A stretch of DNA of 64,000 bases from an uncultured Chloroflexia bacterium (GTDB lineage: Bacteria; Chloroflexota; Limnocylindria; Limnocylindrales; CSP1-4). The stretch lies in contig CAWKHN010000015.1 in the NCBI GenBank assembly GCA_963849495.1, positions 294,723 to 358,722 of the forward strand, written 5' to 3'. Positions 46,561-56,962 of the stretch are shown piece after piece; the stretch's first letter is position 1; the number at the start of each line of letters is the position of its first letter. The notes beneath the pieces were generated by a model. That model was not told where the DNA came from, did not search any database, and was given only the letters and a program-made list of their open reading frames with translations. The position numbers and the translations under genes were made by a program.

Positions 46561-47685
46561 TCACTCGGCCGCCGACACCGCGGCCTCTGGGGTTGACTCG
46601 ACCACGAACGTGTGATCAGGGGACCAGGTGAGGTGCACCGCGTCCCCGTGAGCCCACAGCTCCTCCCGCGTGGTGCGAGCGACATTCTGTTCGTACACCG
46701 TGATGCTGGTGCCGCCGCGGGTCTCGATCTGGTACTGCGTGCTGACGCCGAGATACGAGGCGTCCCGTACGACGCCCTCCAGGTGGTTCGCGCCCTCGGG
46801 AGCCGGATCGGCGTCGTGGTGGATCCGGATCTTCTCGGGCCGCACGCCCACATCCACCCGGGTCATGCCCTGCACCAGCGCGCGCGGCACGCGGACGCGC
46901 GTGTCGTCGCCGAGCCGGACCAGCGCGTAGTCGTCGGCGGTGCCGTCGACGGTTCCCGTCAGCAGGTTGCTGACGCCGAGGAATCCGGCGACGAAGCGCG
47001 TCTCCGGGTGCTCGTACAGGGTCTCCGGATCGCCGAGCTGCTCGTAATGGCCCTTGTTCATCACGGCGATGCGATCGGACATCGTCATCGCCTCCTCCTG
47101 GTCGTGGGTCACGTAGATGAACGTGATCCCGACCTCGCGCTGGATGCGCTTGAGCTCCACCTGCATCTGCTTGCGCAGCTTGAGGTCGAGCGCGCCCAGC
47201 GGCTCGTCGAGCAGCAGCACGGCAGGCCGGTTGATCAGGGCGCGGGCGAGGGCCACCCGCTGCGCCTGCCCGCCGGAGATTTGGTTCGGCTTGCGCCGCT
47301 CGAAGCCCGGCAGCTCGACGAGCTTCAGCATGTCCGTGACGCGGGACTTGATCTCGTCCTTCTTCACCCCGGACCGGTGGAGCCCGAACGCGACGTTCTC
47401 GTAGATGCTCAGGTGCGGGAACAGGCCGTAGTTCTGGAACACCGTGTTCACGTTGCGCCGGTAGGGCGGCCGCCAGGTGACGTCCTCGCCCTGGAGCTCG
47501 ATCCTGCCCGACGTCGGCTGCTCGAACCCGCCGATCATCCGCAGGGTCGTCGTCTTGCCGCACCCGGAGGGCCCCAGCAGGCTGAAGAACTCGCCGTCCA
47601 CGACCTCGAGGTCGATGTGGTCGACGGCATAAAGATCCCCGAAGACCTTGGAGACCTGGACCAGCCGGACGTCGACGTCGTGCAC
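46561..47685 (-). CDS. potA: polyamine ABC transporter ATP-binding protein
   Basis: Walker A GPSGCGKTT, signature ISGGQAQRV, Walker B LLLDEPLGALD. GTG at 47685. Confidence 0.85.
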   Translation of the reverse strand: MHDVDVRLVQVSKVFGDLYAVDHIDLEVVDGEFFSLLGPSGCGKTTTLRMIGGFEQPTSGRIELQGEDVTWRPPYRRNVNTVFQNYGLFPHLSIYENVAFGLHRSGVKKDEIKSRVTDMLKLVELPGFERRKPNQISGGQAQRVALARALINRPAVLLLDEPLGALDLKLRKQMQVELKRIQREVGITFIYVTHDQEEAMTMSDRIAVMNKGHYEQLGDPETLYEHPETRFVAGFLGVSNLLTGTVDGTADDYALVRLGDDTRVRVPRALVQGMTRVDVGVRPEKIRIHHDADPAPEGANHLEGVVRDASYLGVSTQYQIETRGGTSITVYEQNVARTTREELWAHGDAVHLTWSPDHTFVVESTPEAAVSAAE

Positions 47686-48044
47686 GGTAGACGCTGCTCC
47701 TGCGTGTGGGCGGGCGAGGCGGCGTGCCGGGCGGGACGGACCGGCTGCAAGCGCGACGCTACAGGTCCTGCGAGCGTCGGCGTGCGAACCATAGGTCTGG
47801 CGCCGCCGGGGTGTCAAGGAAACAATATCGCATCACCGGCCGACGTTGGGTTCGAATCTCGTTCGATCCCGAGCCGAACCCGTGCCGAATCGCACGGAGA
47901 CGGGCTCATGGCATGGGACGCGCAACCGGACCGCCGGAAGTTGGCCGGCCCGCCGGGGGCGTGCTGGCCGGGGCCCGGGTAGGATATCGACGCCCCGCGT
48001 GTCGGAAATCGGCGGGTGCTGGTGACAGGAGCGAGACACCCCCG

Positions 48045-49121
48045 ATGAGCGCTATCTCCGAAGCCACGGTCCTCGACGCCCTCCGCACCGTTCAGGAGCC
48101 CGAGCTGGGCGGCGACCTGGTGACGCGGAACATGGTCAAGGACCTCACGATCGACGGCGCCAACGTCGCGTTCACGATCGAGCTCACGACACCGGCCTGC
48201 CCGCTCAAGGACCAGATCGAGGCCGAGGTCCGCGCGGCGCTGGCACCGCTCGGGGTCGAGGGCATCGCCATCACCTGGGGCGCCACCGTGCGGCGGGCCA
48301 CCCCGCGTGCGGCCGAGCAGCTCGTCCCCGGCGTCAAGAACGTGATCGCCGTGGCGTCCGGCAAGGGCGGCGTCGGCAAGAGCACCGTCAGCGTCAACCT
48401 TGCCGTCGCCCTGGCGAGAGCGGGCGCCACCGTGGGTTTGCTCGATGCCGATATCACCGGTCCCAACATCCCGATGATGCTGGGCGTCGAGGGCCAGCCG
48501 ACGTCGAGCGCGAACAACAAGATCATCCCGCTCGAGCGGTACGGCGTGAAGGTGATCTCGATCCAGTTCTTCGTCCCCGAGGGCCAGCCGATCGTGTGGC
48601 GCGGTCCGCTCATCGGCGGCGCCATCCAGCAGTTCCTGCGCGACGTCGAGTGGGGCGAGCTCGACTACCTCGTCGTGGATCTGCCGCCCGGCACCTCGGA
48701 CGCGCAGCTGACGCTCGCGCAGGCGGTGCCGATCAGCGGCACGGTGCTCGTGACGACCCCGCAGGACGTGGCGCTCTCGGATGTCGCCAAGGCACTGGCC
48801 ATGCTCCAGCGCCTGAACGTTCCCGTGATCGGCATGGTCGAGAACATGAGCGCGTTCGTCTGCCCGCACTGCGGTGAGGCGACCGAGATCTTCGGGCGGG
48901 GCGGCGGCGAGCGGTTCGCGCGGGAGCACCAGCTCGACTTCCTGGGCAAGATCCCGCTCGACATCACCGTCCGGCAGGGCGGCGACGTGGGCGTGCCCGC
49001 GGTCGCGCAGCGCGAGCCGGGTCCGGCCGCCCAGGCGCTCGAGACGATGGCGGGCCTGGTTGCGGCACGGATGAGCGTTCGCGCCGAGACGACGCAGCAA
49101 CCCGTGCTCTCGATCTCGTAG
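48045..49121 (+). CDS. apbC: Mrp/ApbC/NBP35 Fe-S cluster carrier ATPase
   Basis: N-terminal DUF59 domain, deviant Walker A ASGKGGVGKST, and CPHC motif. Confidence 0.9.
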   Translation: MSAISEATVLDALRTVQEPELGGDLVTRNMVKDLTIDGANVAFTIELTTPACPLKDQIEAEVRAALAPLGVEGIAITWGATVRRATPRAAEQLVPGVKNVIAVASGKGGVGKSTVSVNLAVALARAGATVGLLDADITGPNIPMMLGVEGQPTSSANNKIIPLERYGVKVISIQFFVPEGQPIVWRGPLIGGAIQQFLRDVEWGELDYLVVDLPPGTSDAQLTLAQAVPISGTVLVTTPQDVALSDVAKALAMLQRLNVPVIGMVENMSAFVCPHCGEATEIFGRGGGERFAREHQLDFLGKIPLDITVRQGGDVGVPAVAQREPGPAAQALETMAGLVAARMSVRAETTQQPVLSIS

Positions 49122-49248
49122 GCCGGCCGGCGCGCCGCGGCCGCGGCCTCCTGGCCCCGATGTCGGCCCCGTCCTGTCCGCATGGTCGGCGGTCAGCGAC
49201 ATCCCACGGGCTGATCGTCGGCATCCAGCCGACTGTAGGATCCGTCTC

Positions 49249-49965
49249 GTGAGCCAGGCCCGCCCGTCCGCCGATCCCGCCGCGCTGCGCGCGGCGCTCG
49301 AGCGGATGCCCCTGTTTCGCGACCTCGGCGCGGCGGATCTCTCGATCCTCACCGGGACGGTCCGCACGCATCGCTACCGGCGCGGCGAGGTCATCTTCCA
49401 CCAGGGCGACCCGGGTGATGCCCTGTACATCATCCTCACCGGGCGCGTGAAGATCTCGAGCCCGTCCGAGACCGGCGTCGAGGCGATCCTCGCCACGCTG
49501 CGGCCGGGCGAGTTCTTCGGGGCCCTGGCGCTGCTCGACGGTGCCCCGCGGAGCGCATCGGCCACGGCCGTATCGGCCAGCGAGGCGCTCATCCTGCCGC
49601 GGGACCGGTTCCGGCAGCTGGTGAACGACGTCCCCGCGATCCGGGACCACGTGTTCGAGGAGCTGGCCCGGGAGCTGCGCCGGCTTACCACCCACGTGGA
49701 GGAGCTGCACTTCCTGGACATCGCGGGCCGGCTCGCGGCGCGGCTGGCACGGATGGCCGAGGAGCACGGCACGCCCGGTGACGACGGCGAGATCCGGCTC
49801 GATGGGCCGATCACACAGAGTGAGCTCGCCGCGATGGTCGGCAGCACCCGGCAGAGTGTGAACAAGCTGCTGGGCTACCTGATCGACGACCGGCTGATCC
49901 GGATCGAGCGGGACGCGATCGTGATCCAGGACGTCGCCGGACTTCACCGGGCGGCCCGCCGCTAG
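49249..49965 (+). CDS. Crp/Fnr family transcriptional regulator
   Basis: cNMP-binding domain plus a C-terminal HTH (TQSELAAMVGSTRQSVNKLLGYL). Confidence 0.85.
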   Translation: MSQARPSADPAALRAALERMPLFRDLGAADLSILTGTVRTHRYRRGEVIFHQGDPGDALYIILTGRVKISSPSETGVEAILATLRPGEFFGALALLDGAPRSASATAVSASEALILPRDRFRQLVNDVPAIRDHVFEELARELRRLTTHVEELHFLDIAGRLAARLARMAEEHGTPGDDGEIRLDGPITQSELAAMVGSTRQSVNKLLGYLIDDRLIRIERDAIVIQDVAGLHRAARR

Positions 49966-50152
49966 GCTCCCGAATCGCTGATCTCGGGGTGTTTGACCGC
50001 AGGGTCAGGAGCGCATCCGGCACACGTGGCTGGGTCCCCGAGCCGCCGGGTGACAACCGCACTCCTGCACGCCGTATCGCGCACCTGGGTGGGTCACGGG
50101 GCCGGGCGCAGGATTGGGTCCGCGCGCCTCCGCAACCAGCGAGCGACGCGGC

Positions 50153-51424
50153 TCATGCGTCGGTGGTTGCCCCGGATCTGCGCAGGACCTCGAGCAGGAC
50201 GGCAGCCGCAGCAATCGCGGCGCGGTCGGCGCTCTGGGGGCCGCGCAGGAATGCCAGCCGCCGTTCCCCGTGCGACCCGTCGGGAGTCGAGATGCCGACG
50301 TCGACCGTCGTGTCATCGCTCGCGGCGAACGCAGTGATCGCGAGACCGACATCGGCGCCGGCCGCCAGACGTGCGCGCACGGCTTCGGCCACGGCTTCGG
50401 CCACGGCTTCGGCCGCATTCTCCGAGCCCCGGGTCGTCGCCGGAAGCGATGGTCCGGCAGCACCCCCCGGTGTCGTCGCCAGGACCTCGGCGCGGGCAAG
50501 GGCCGGCAGGCCGCGCAGCAGGCCCACCAGCGCACCGCTCGTCCCTCGCTCCACCGTGGCGAGGGTCCAGCCGCGTTCGCCCAGCGCCGATCCCAGGGCA
50601 TCGGCCCAGGTCGTCCCGCCACGGGCCCAGACGTGATCGGCGAGGCTCGCCATCACGGTGGCCTCCGCCTCATCCGCAAGCTCCGCCGCGGAACGGCCAC
50701 CTTCGGCGCGGGCAGAGATTCGGACGTCCACGGCCTCGTGGCGTGCGTACGTGGCCACGATCGGGTTGGTCGCTCGCAACAGCTCGTCGCCGAGGTGCTC
50801 CGCCACCTGCGATTCCCCGATCCCGGTGAGACGGAAGGTCCGCACGTCGGTGTCGGTCCCGACACCTCTCGCCGCCAGCCTGGGCAGCACGCGGCCCGTC
50901 CACATCGGCCGCATCTCGCGCGGCGGCCCGGGGAGCGCCACGATCACCCGCCCGTCCGGCCGGTCGACCCACCAGCCGGGTGCCGTGCCGTTCGGGTTCG
51001 GCAGCAGGGTGGCGGACGGGATGATCCACGCCTGCTTCACGTTGGTCGAGGGGAACGGCTGGTGGCGCCGCTCCCAGAGTCGCTTCAGCCAGTCGAGCGT
51101 CGCCGCATCGATGCTGACCTGCTCCCCGCAGACGGCCGCGACCGCCTCCCGGGTGAGATCGTCCGGCGTCGGACCCAGACCGCCCGTGGTGATCACGAGA
51201 TCCGCGCGCTCCAGCGCCGCTCGCAGCGCCTCGACGACCACCGTCAGGTCGTCGGGCAGGCTGGACGTCCGGCCGACGGCGACACCGTGGGCAACGAGGG
51301 AGCGCGCCAGGTCGCCGCTGTTCGTGTCGAGCGTTTCGCCGACGGTCAGCTCCGTGCCGATGGCGAGGAGTTCCGCGGTCAGGATGGTGCGGGCGGTGGC
51401 GGCGATGTCGGAAGCGTCGGGCAT
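50153..51424 (-). CDS. cinA: competence/damage-inducible protein CinA
   Basis: N-terminal MoCF_biosynth domain plus a C-terminal CinA domain. Contains the AEAVx3 repeat. Confidence 0.85.
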   Translation of the reverse strand: MPDASDIAATARTILTAELLAIGTELTVGETLDTNSGDLARSLVAHGVAVGRTSSLPDDLTVVVEALRAALERADLVITTGGLGPTPDDLTREAVAAVCGEQVSIDAATLDWLKRLWERRHQPFPSTNVKQAWIIPSATLLPNPNGTAPGWWVDRPDGRVIVALPGPPREMRPMWTGRVLPRLAARGVGTDTDVRTFRLTGIGESQVAEHLGDELLRATNPIVATYARHEAVDVRISARAEGGRSAAELADEAEATVMASLADHVWARGGTTWADALGSALGERGWTLATVERGTSGALVGLLRGLPALARAEVLATTPGGAAGPSLPATTRGSENAAEAVAEAVAEAVRARLAAGADVGLAITAFAASDDTTVDVGISTPDGSHGERRLAFLRGPQSADRAAIAAAAVLLEVLRRSGATTDA

Positions 51425-51962
51425 CCACGCAGCGTAGCGAACCGCGCCTCATGGCGCGGGCGCATGCCCAGCGCGGGAGCAATCCCGGCGTCCCGCGTCG
51501 GCATTCCCGCACCCCGCACCACTTCCGATCCGGCCGTCGTTGGCGTCTCGGTCGGTCCCGGCGCTTGTCATCCACCACGCTCCGTGGTGGAAGTCAGGGT
51601 TCTGTCACCGTCCACGGCGTCCGGCGAACTGCTCCACGCACGGGGACGCCGGCTGATCCCGTCTCAACCGGAGCGTTGACCGCGCCGCTGCGGACTACCA
51701 CCAACCGACGTGGTATCTGACAGGGGATCAGGGTGTCGAGTCGGTTAGCACCACACCGCCTGGTATCTGGCAGAACCGGGACCACGAACCGGGGGACGGC
51801 CCCCCCTCGGCGCCGGCGACGACCCCGCCGCGGTCCAGCGACCGCGCGGCCCAAGCGCACCGGGCGACGGCCGCCCGCGGCGCTGGCGATGACCCGCCGC
51901 GGCCCAACGGCGCCGGCGACGAGGCGCCGCTGCGTTGGGCGACGACCCGGCCCCAGAGCACC

Positions 51963-52916
51963 TTGCCGGTCCGCGGCCGCTGGCGTACCGGTGGCCGCTG
52001 CTATGATTCGGGCTGTCCGCCGACGCTGCCCAACACCTTTCCCGGAGGACGACCACTGGATCCAGACGAGCAGGCTTCCGAAACCGAGCGTCCCGCCGCC
52101 GATCCCGGACACGCCGCGCGCGGCGACGCTCCGCCGGGGCTTCGCGCCCAGCTCGGCGCCACGAAAGCGGCCGTCCTGGCATTGCTGCGCGCGCACGTCG
52201 ACCTGGCGAAGGCCGAGGCCGACCAGATCAAGGGCGAGGTGGCCCGGGCGGCCCTGTTCGCAGGCATCGCGTTCGCCTGCCTGTTCCTGCTCGGGTTCCT
52301 GCTGCCGATTGGCCTGATCCTGTTCACCGGGGAGTGGGTGTTCGGATCGATCGGGTGGGGCCTGCTCCACGGCACGGAGATGCTCATCGCGATTGCCGTT
52401 CTTGCCGTTCTGCTGGCGCTTCGGACCAGGGGCATGCTCATGGATCTGTTGATCGCGACGGTCATCGGGCTGGTCGCCTCCGTGATCCTGGGACCGAACC
52501 TGCCGAACGAGCTGTGGCGGCGGCTCGGTGACGCCCTCAACCTGGGCGACGCCGCCTGGCGACCGCTGGCATCGGGCACCCTGGCCATGGCCGTCGTCGG
52601 TGGGCTTGTTGGAGTGCTGCTGGGTGCCCGGGCGGGTGGCGGCGGACCGGCCGTTGGCGGCCTCGTCGCCGGCGCCGTGCTCGGGGCGTCGATTGGCGCG
52701 TTCTCGGCCATCACCTTCGGCTGGCGGGTCGGTGTCGCACTGGGTGTGGCCATCGGGCTGGCCGCGTGGCCGATCCTCATGGGTGTGACAGCGGCCCGCG
52801 CAGGCATCGACACCGATGCCCTCAAAGCGCGTTTCTGGCCACAGACGACTATCGACACCACGAAGGAGACGATCGAGTGGGCGAAGGCACGATCGCCGCT
52901 CGGGCCGACGTCCTAG
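51963..52916 (+). CDS. actinobacterial holin-X (phage holin family) membrane protein
   Basis: ALLRAHVDLAKAEADQIKGEVARAALFAGIAFACLFLLGFLL is the characteristic holin-X N-terminal region, followed by multiple TM segments. The start is uncertain. Confidence 0.5.
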   Translation: MPVRGRWRTGGRCYDSGCPPTLPNTFPGGRPLDPDEQASETERPAADPGHAARGDAPPGLRAQLGATKAAVLALLRAHVDLAKAEADQIKGEVARAALFAGIAFACLFLLGFLLPIGLILFTGEWVFGSIGWGLLHGTEMLIAIAVLAVLLALRTRGMLMDLLIATVIGLVASVILGPNLPNELWRRLGDALNLGDAAWRPLASGTLAMAVVGGLVGVLLGARAGGGGPAVGGLVAGAVLGASIGAFSAITFGWRVGVALGVAIGLAAWPILMGVTAARAGIDTDALKARFWPQTTIDTTKETIEWAKARSPLGPTS

Positions 52917-53515
52917 CGGCGCGAGCCGCCCTGGACGACGAGCTCGAACGGCTCGAAGCATCGGCCCGCGCGGCCGTGGACATCCCGGCGAAGGTGCGAC
53001 GCAACCCGGTCAGGACTGCGGGCCTGGCGGCCGGCGCGGTCTTCCTGTTCGCGGGAGGCCCAGCGAAGGTGCTGCGCGGCGCCCGGAACGCGATCTTCGG
53101 CAAGCCGGATCCGCTCCCGAAGTCGATGCTGCCCAAGGAGATCGACAAGGCGCTCGGCGAGCTGGGAGACGACGGGAAGCGCGTCCGGGGCACGATCGAG
53201 CGCGAGTTCGCCGCGTACCTCAAGGACAAGGCCCCGGAGCGCAAGGAACGGGGCCTTGGCGCGGTTGCCGCGTTGCTCCTCGCATCGGCAGGCAAGCCCG
53301 TTGTGCAGCGCTATGGCCGGCAGCTCGTGGAGCAGCTGTTCTCACCGGACGGTCCAGGATTCGCGGCCCAGCTGGACAAGGTTCGCGCGCGGCGCGCTGG
53401 ACGCGACGGCGAGACGACGGACCGGGACACGGGCGGGGCGGCCCCCACGCCGACGAGCCCCACGACGACGAGCCCCGGGGCCCCGAAGGCCGGCCCGTCG
53501 GACGGCGCCGCATAG
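52877..53515 (+). CDS. DUF3618-like coiled-coil protein (holin-X partner)
   Basis: GTG at 52877 after AAGGAG overlaps the upstream gene. Its last 12 codons lie inside the 142-bp repeat. Confidence 0.5.
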   Translation: MGEGTIAARADVLAARAALDDELERLEASARAAVDIPAKVRRNPVRTAGLAAGAVFLFAGGPAKVLRGARNAIFGKPDPLPKSMLPKEIDKALGELGDDGKRVRGTIEREFAAYLKDKAPERKERGLGAVAALLLASAGKPVVQRYGRQLVEQLFSPDGPGFAAQLDKVRARRAGRDGETTDRDTGGAAPTPTSPTTTSPGAPKAGPSDGAA

Positions 53516-53620
53516 CCGACGTCCCGGCGCCGCGCACGGGGACCCCTGCCGGTCGGCGCTGGTAGGCGAGGTCGGGGTCGAACCGACACGTTCCTCACGG
53601 AGCACCGGCTCCCAAGGCCG
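53479..53620. repeat. 142-bp direct repeat, copy 1 (contains a tRNA-like T-arm/acceptor/ACCA fragment on the minus strand)
   Basis: Matches 56963..57104 with 2 mismatches. The reverse complement of 53560-53589 is GTGTCGGTTCGACCCCGACCTCGCCTACCA. Confidence 0.85.
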
Positions 53621-54073
53621 AAACGGGCCTGACTGGCCGAAACGGGCCTGACGGCAGGTATATCGATGCACCCCGCTGCAGCAGATCGGCACGCAATTGG
53701 CGAAGCGAGCCGCGCGCCGGCGGACGCATGACAAGTCGTAATGACAGAACGCTGTTGGACCCGCACGGTGCTGGCGAGTGGCAAGACGCCTGCCATTTCA
53801 TCCTTCGCGCCGCGCGCAGGATGTCGACGGTTCGGTCGTTCGGGGGCGATCGCGGGCGACATAAGGAACAGACGCCAATGGGCTCTGGCGAGGTGGTCGC
53901 TGCGTCAACCAGCGGCAGACCGTCTGCAGGATTGGGCGGCTCCCGGTGGGGCGTCCACGTGGCCGTGCCGGCAGACAGCCCCACGTTCGAGAAGCATCCG
54001 CGGCTGACCGCCTGCCTCGGGGCTTCGGAGAACCGCCTGCGGGCCGCGCTCGACATGCTCGCGGTGGCACGGG

Positions 54074-56461
54074 ATGGAGCAGCCGGCGAGGGCGAGGATC
54101 GCGCAGGGGCGGGACGTGGCAACGCAGGTTGAACCGCAGATGGACGCCAACTCGGAGGCCCGCTACCGGGGCCTGCTCGAGGCGGCCCCCGACGCGATGG
54201 TCGTGGTCAACCAGCGCGGCGAGATCGTCCTGCTCAACGTCCAGGCCGAGAAGCAGTTCGGCTACAGCCGCGATGAGCTCCTCGGGCAGCCCATCACGAA
54301 CATCATCCCGGAAGGCTTCGCCGAGCGGATCATCGCCGACGACCTGCGCTCGGCGGCCGACGCCCTGGCCCAGGTCATCGGCACCGGGATCGAGCTCGTC
54401 GCCCGCCGACGGGACGGCACCGAGTTCCCGATCGAGATCATGCTCAGCCCCCTCGAGAGCGCCGAGGGGATCCTCGTCACGGCAGCCATCCGTGACATCA
54501 GCGCGCGGCAGGCGGCGGAGGAAGAGCTGCGTCGCACTTCCTCGTATCTCGAGAACCTGATCGACTACGCGAACGCGCCGATCATCGTGTGGGACCCCGA
54601 CCAGCGGATCACGCGGTTCAACCATGCGTTCGAGCGGCTGACGCAACGTCGGGCGGACGAGGTCCTGGGTCAGCAGCTGGGCATGCTGTTCCCCGATCAG
54701 TCTCGCGCGGAGTCGCTCGCGAGGATCGAGCTCGCTGTCCGGGGCACGGGCCTGGAGAGCCACGAGATCCCGATCCTTCGCGCGGACGGTGATGTGCGGG
54801 CCGTCCTGTGGAGCTCGGCGAACATCTATGACACGCCGAGTGGTGGCGGGCTCCTCGCCGTCATCGCGCAGGGCCAGGACATCACGGCGAGCCGAAAGGC
54901 CGAGTGGCATGTCGTCCAGGCCGAGGCCCGCTACCGGGGCCTGCTCGAGGCGGCCCCCGACGCGATGGTCGTGGTCAACCAGCGCGGCGAGATCGTCCTG
55001 CTCAACGTCCAGGCCGAGAAGCAGTTCGGCTACAGCCGCGATGAGCTCCTCGGGCAGCCCATCACGAACATCATCCCGGAAGGCTTCGCCGAGCGGATCA
55101 TCGCCGACGACCTGCGCTCGGCGGCCGACGCCCTGGCCCAGGTCATCGGCACCGGGATCGAGCTCGTCGCCCGCCGACGGGACGGCACCGAGTTCCCGAT
55201 CGAGATCATGCTCAGCCCCCTCGAGAGCGCCGAGGGGATCCTCGTCACGGCAGCCATCCGTGACATCAGCGCGCGGCGGGCGGCGGAGGAGGCCCGCTTC
55301 GTCGAGAAGGAGCTCGCCGTCGTCACCCTGAACAGCATCAGTGACGCCGTGATCAGCGTGGATATGTCCGGCGGGGTCACGCTTCTCAACCTCGTCGCCG
55401 AGACGATGACCGGCTGGTCGTCACGGGAGGCAGCGGGTCGACCCGTCGCCGACGTGCTCCGCGTCCTGGATGCGACGACGCGCGAGAGCGTCGCGATTCC
55501 AACGGAGGCCGCAGTCCGAAACGACCGCACCGAGCATCTTCCGTCGGGCTGCCTCCTCATCCGCCGCGATGGCCACGAGATCGCCATCGCCGACTCGGTA
55601 TCACCGCTCCACGACCGCGACGATAACGTCATAGGCGCGGTGATCGTCGCTCGCGACGAGAGCGTGGCACGCGAGATGGCGAGGCGAGTACGCGCCGTCG
55701 GTGACGAGCTCGAACGGAGTAACCGGGAGCTGGACGACTTCGCGGCGATCGCGTCGCATGACCTGCAGGAGCCGCTTCGGAAAATTCGGGCATTCGGGGA
55801 TCGGCTCGCCGAGCATTCCACGAGCGCGCTCGACGAGGAGGCTCGGGACTACCTCCGGAGAATGACGGATGCCGCCGGCAGGATGCAGACCTTGATCGCC
55901 GACCTCCTGGAGTACTCACAGGTGACGATCCGACCTGAGCCGCCGCAGCCGGTGGATCTGGGCCAGGTCGTCGCCGAGGTGCTCTCCGACCTCGACGAGG
56001 GCATCCGGTCGAGACATGGGAGCGTGATCGTCGGTCGGCTTCCCACCGTGTCGGCAAGCCCTCTGCAGATGCGCCAGCTGTTCCAGAACCTGATCGCAAA
56101 CGCCCTCAAGTTTCATCCGGACGGTGTTGCCCCGGAAGTGCACGTGGACGCGACCGCGCGCGACGATGGCGCAGGAGCAGGAGAGCGCCGCCATGGCTCT
56201 CCGGTCTGGGCGATCTCCGTGAGCGACAACGGGATTGGCTTCAGCGAGAAGTACGCCGAGCGGATCTTTGCGCCGTTCCAGCGCCTCAACGGACGTCAGA
56301 CCTTCGAGGGCGCGGGGATGGGCCTGGCAATCTGCCGCCGGATCGTGACCCTGCGTGGAGGGACGATCACCGCCACGTCACACCCTGGCGCAGGCGCCAC
56401 GTTCGTCGTCACGCTTCCCGGCATCCCGCCGGGCGCCGCCGCAAGCGGACCTGCGGGATGA
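54074..56461 (+). CDS. multi-PAS sensor histidine kinase (PAS x ~4, HisKA, HATPase_c)
   Basis: HisKA H-box IASHDLQEPLRKI. HATPase motifs DNGIGF and GAGMGLAICRRIV. Confidence 0.85.
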   Translation: MEQPARARIAQGRDVATQVEPQMDANSEARYRGLLEAAPDAMVVVNQRGEIVLLNVQAEKQFGYSRDELLGQPITNIIPEGFAERIIADDLRSAADALAQVIGTGIELVARRRDGTEFPIEIMLSPLESAEGILVTAAIRDISARQAAEEELRRTSSYLENLIDYANAPIIVWDPDQRITRFNHAFERLTQRRADEVLGQQLGMLFPDQSRAESLARIELAVRGTGLESHEIPILRADGDVRAVLWSSANIYDTPSGGGLLAVIAQGQDITASRKAEWHVVQAEARYRGLLEAAPDAMVVVNQRGEIVLLNVQAEKQFGYSRDELLGQPITNIIPEGFAERIIADDLRSAADALAQVIGTGIELVARRRDGTEFPIEIMLSPLESAEGILVTAAIRDISARRAAEEARFVEKELAVVTLNSISDAVISVDMSGGVTLLNLVAETMTGWSSREAAGRPVADVLRVLDATTRESVAIPTEAAVRNDRTEHLPSGCLLIRRDGHEIAIADSVSPLHDRDDNVIGAVIVARDESVAREMARRVRAVGDELERSNRELDDFAAIASHDLQEPLRKIRAFGDRLAEHSTSALDEEARDYLRRMTDAAGRMQTLIADLLEYSQVTIRPEPPQPVDLGQVVAEVLSDLDEGIRSRHGSVIVGRLPTVSASPLQMRQLFQNLIANALKFHPDGVAPEVHVDATARDDGAGAGERRHGSPVWAISVSDNGIGFSEKYAERIFAPFQRLNGRQTFEGAGMGLAICRRIVTLRGGTITATSHPGAGATFVVTLPGIPPGAAASGPAG

Positions 56462-56913
56462 GGCGCACCCCGGGGGCAGGCATCCTGTGTGTCGAGGACG
56501 ACTCCGACGATCGCCTGCTCGTCGAGATGGCGCACCGCGACAGCGGCGTCGTCAACCAGCTGGAATTCGTTGCCGACAGCGACGAGGCCCTCGAGTATCT
56601 GCGCCGTGTCGGCCGCTACGCGGATCGGGCCGGAAAGGACCAGCCCGGGATCATCCTGCTCGACCTGAACCTGCCGGGGACGGACGGCCGTGAAACCCTC
56701 GTGATCCTCAAGGCAGACCCTACATTGCGGCGCATCCCCGTGATTGTCCTGACAACCTCGTCGGCCCGGCGTGACATCGCCGCGAGCTATGACAATGGCG
56801 CCAACTCCTACATCGTCAAGCCCACGGCATTCGCCGGCCTTGTCCGTCTCTTCGAGCGCCTGTGCGACTACTGGTTCGAGATCGGGTCGCTGCCGCCGGA
56901 GGCCGGAACGTGA
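56458..56913 (+). CDS. single-domain CheY-like response regulator
   Basis: Receiver domain with ...ILLDLNLPGTDG... and KP (IVKPTAF). ATGA overlap with the kinase stop. Confidence 0.85.
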   Translation: MRRTPGAGILCVEDDSDDRLLVEMAHRDSGVVNQLEFVADSDEALEYLRRVGRYADRAGKDQPGIILLDLNLPGTDGRETLVILKADPTLRRIPVIVLTTSSARRDIAASYDNGANSYIVKPTAFAGLVRLFERLCDYWFEIGSLPPEAGT

Positions 56914-56962
56914 AAGCGCCATCACCCGCCCGACTAGCGGGTGCGCCGCGTCATCAGGCCGC

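Noticed and set aside
53560-53589. Intact tRNA gene
   Set aside because: Only the T arm, 3' acceptor strand and ACCA are present. No complementary 5' acceptor strand (AGGCGAG), D arm or anticodon arm could be found upstream on the minus strand, in either repeat copy.
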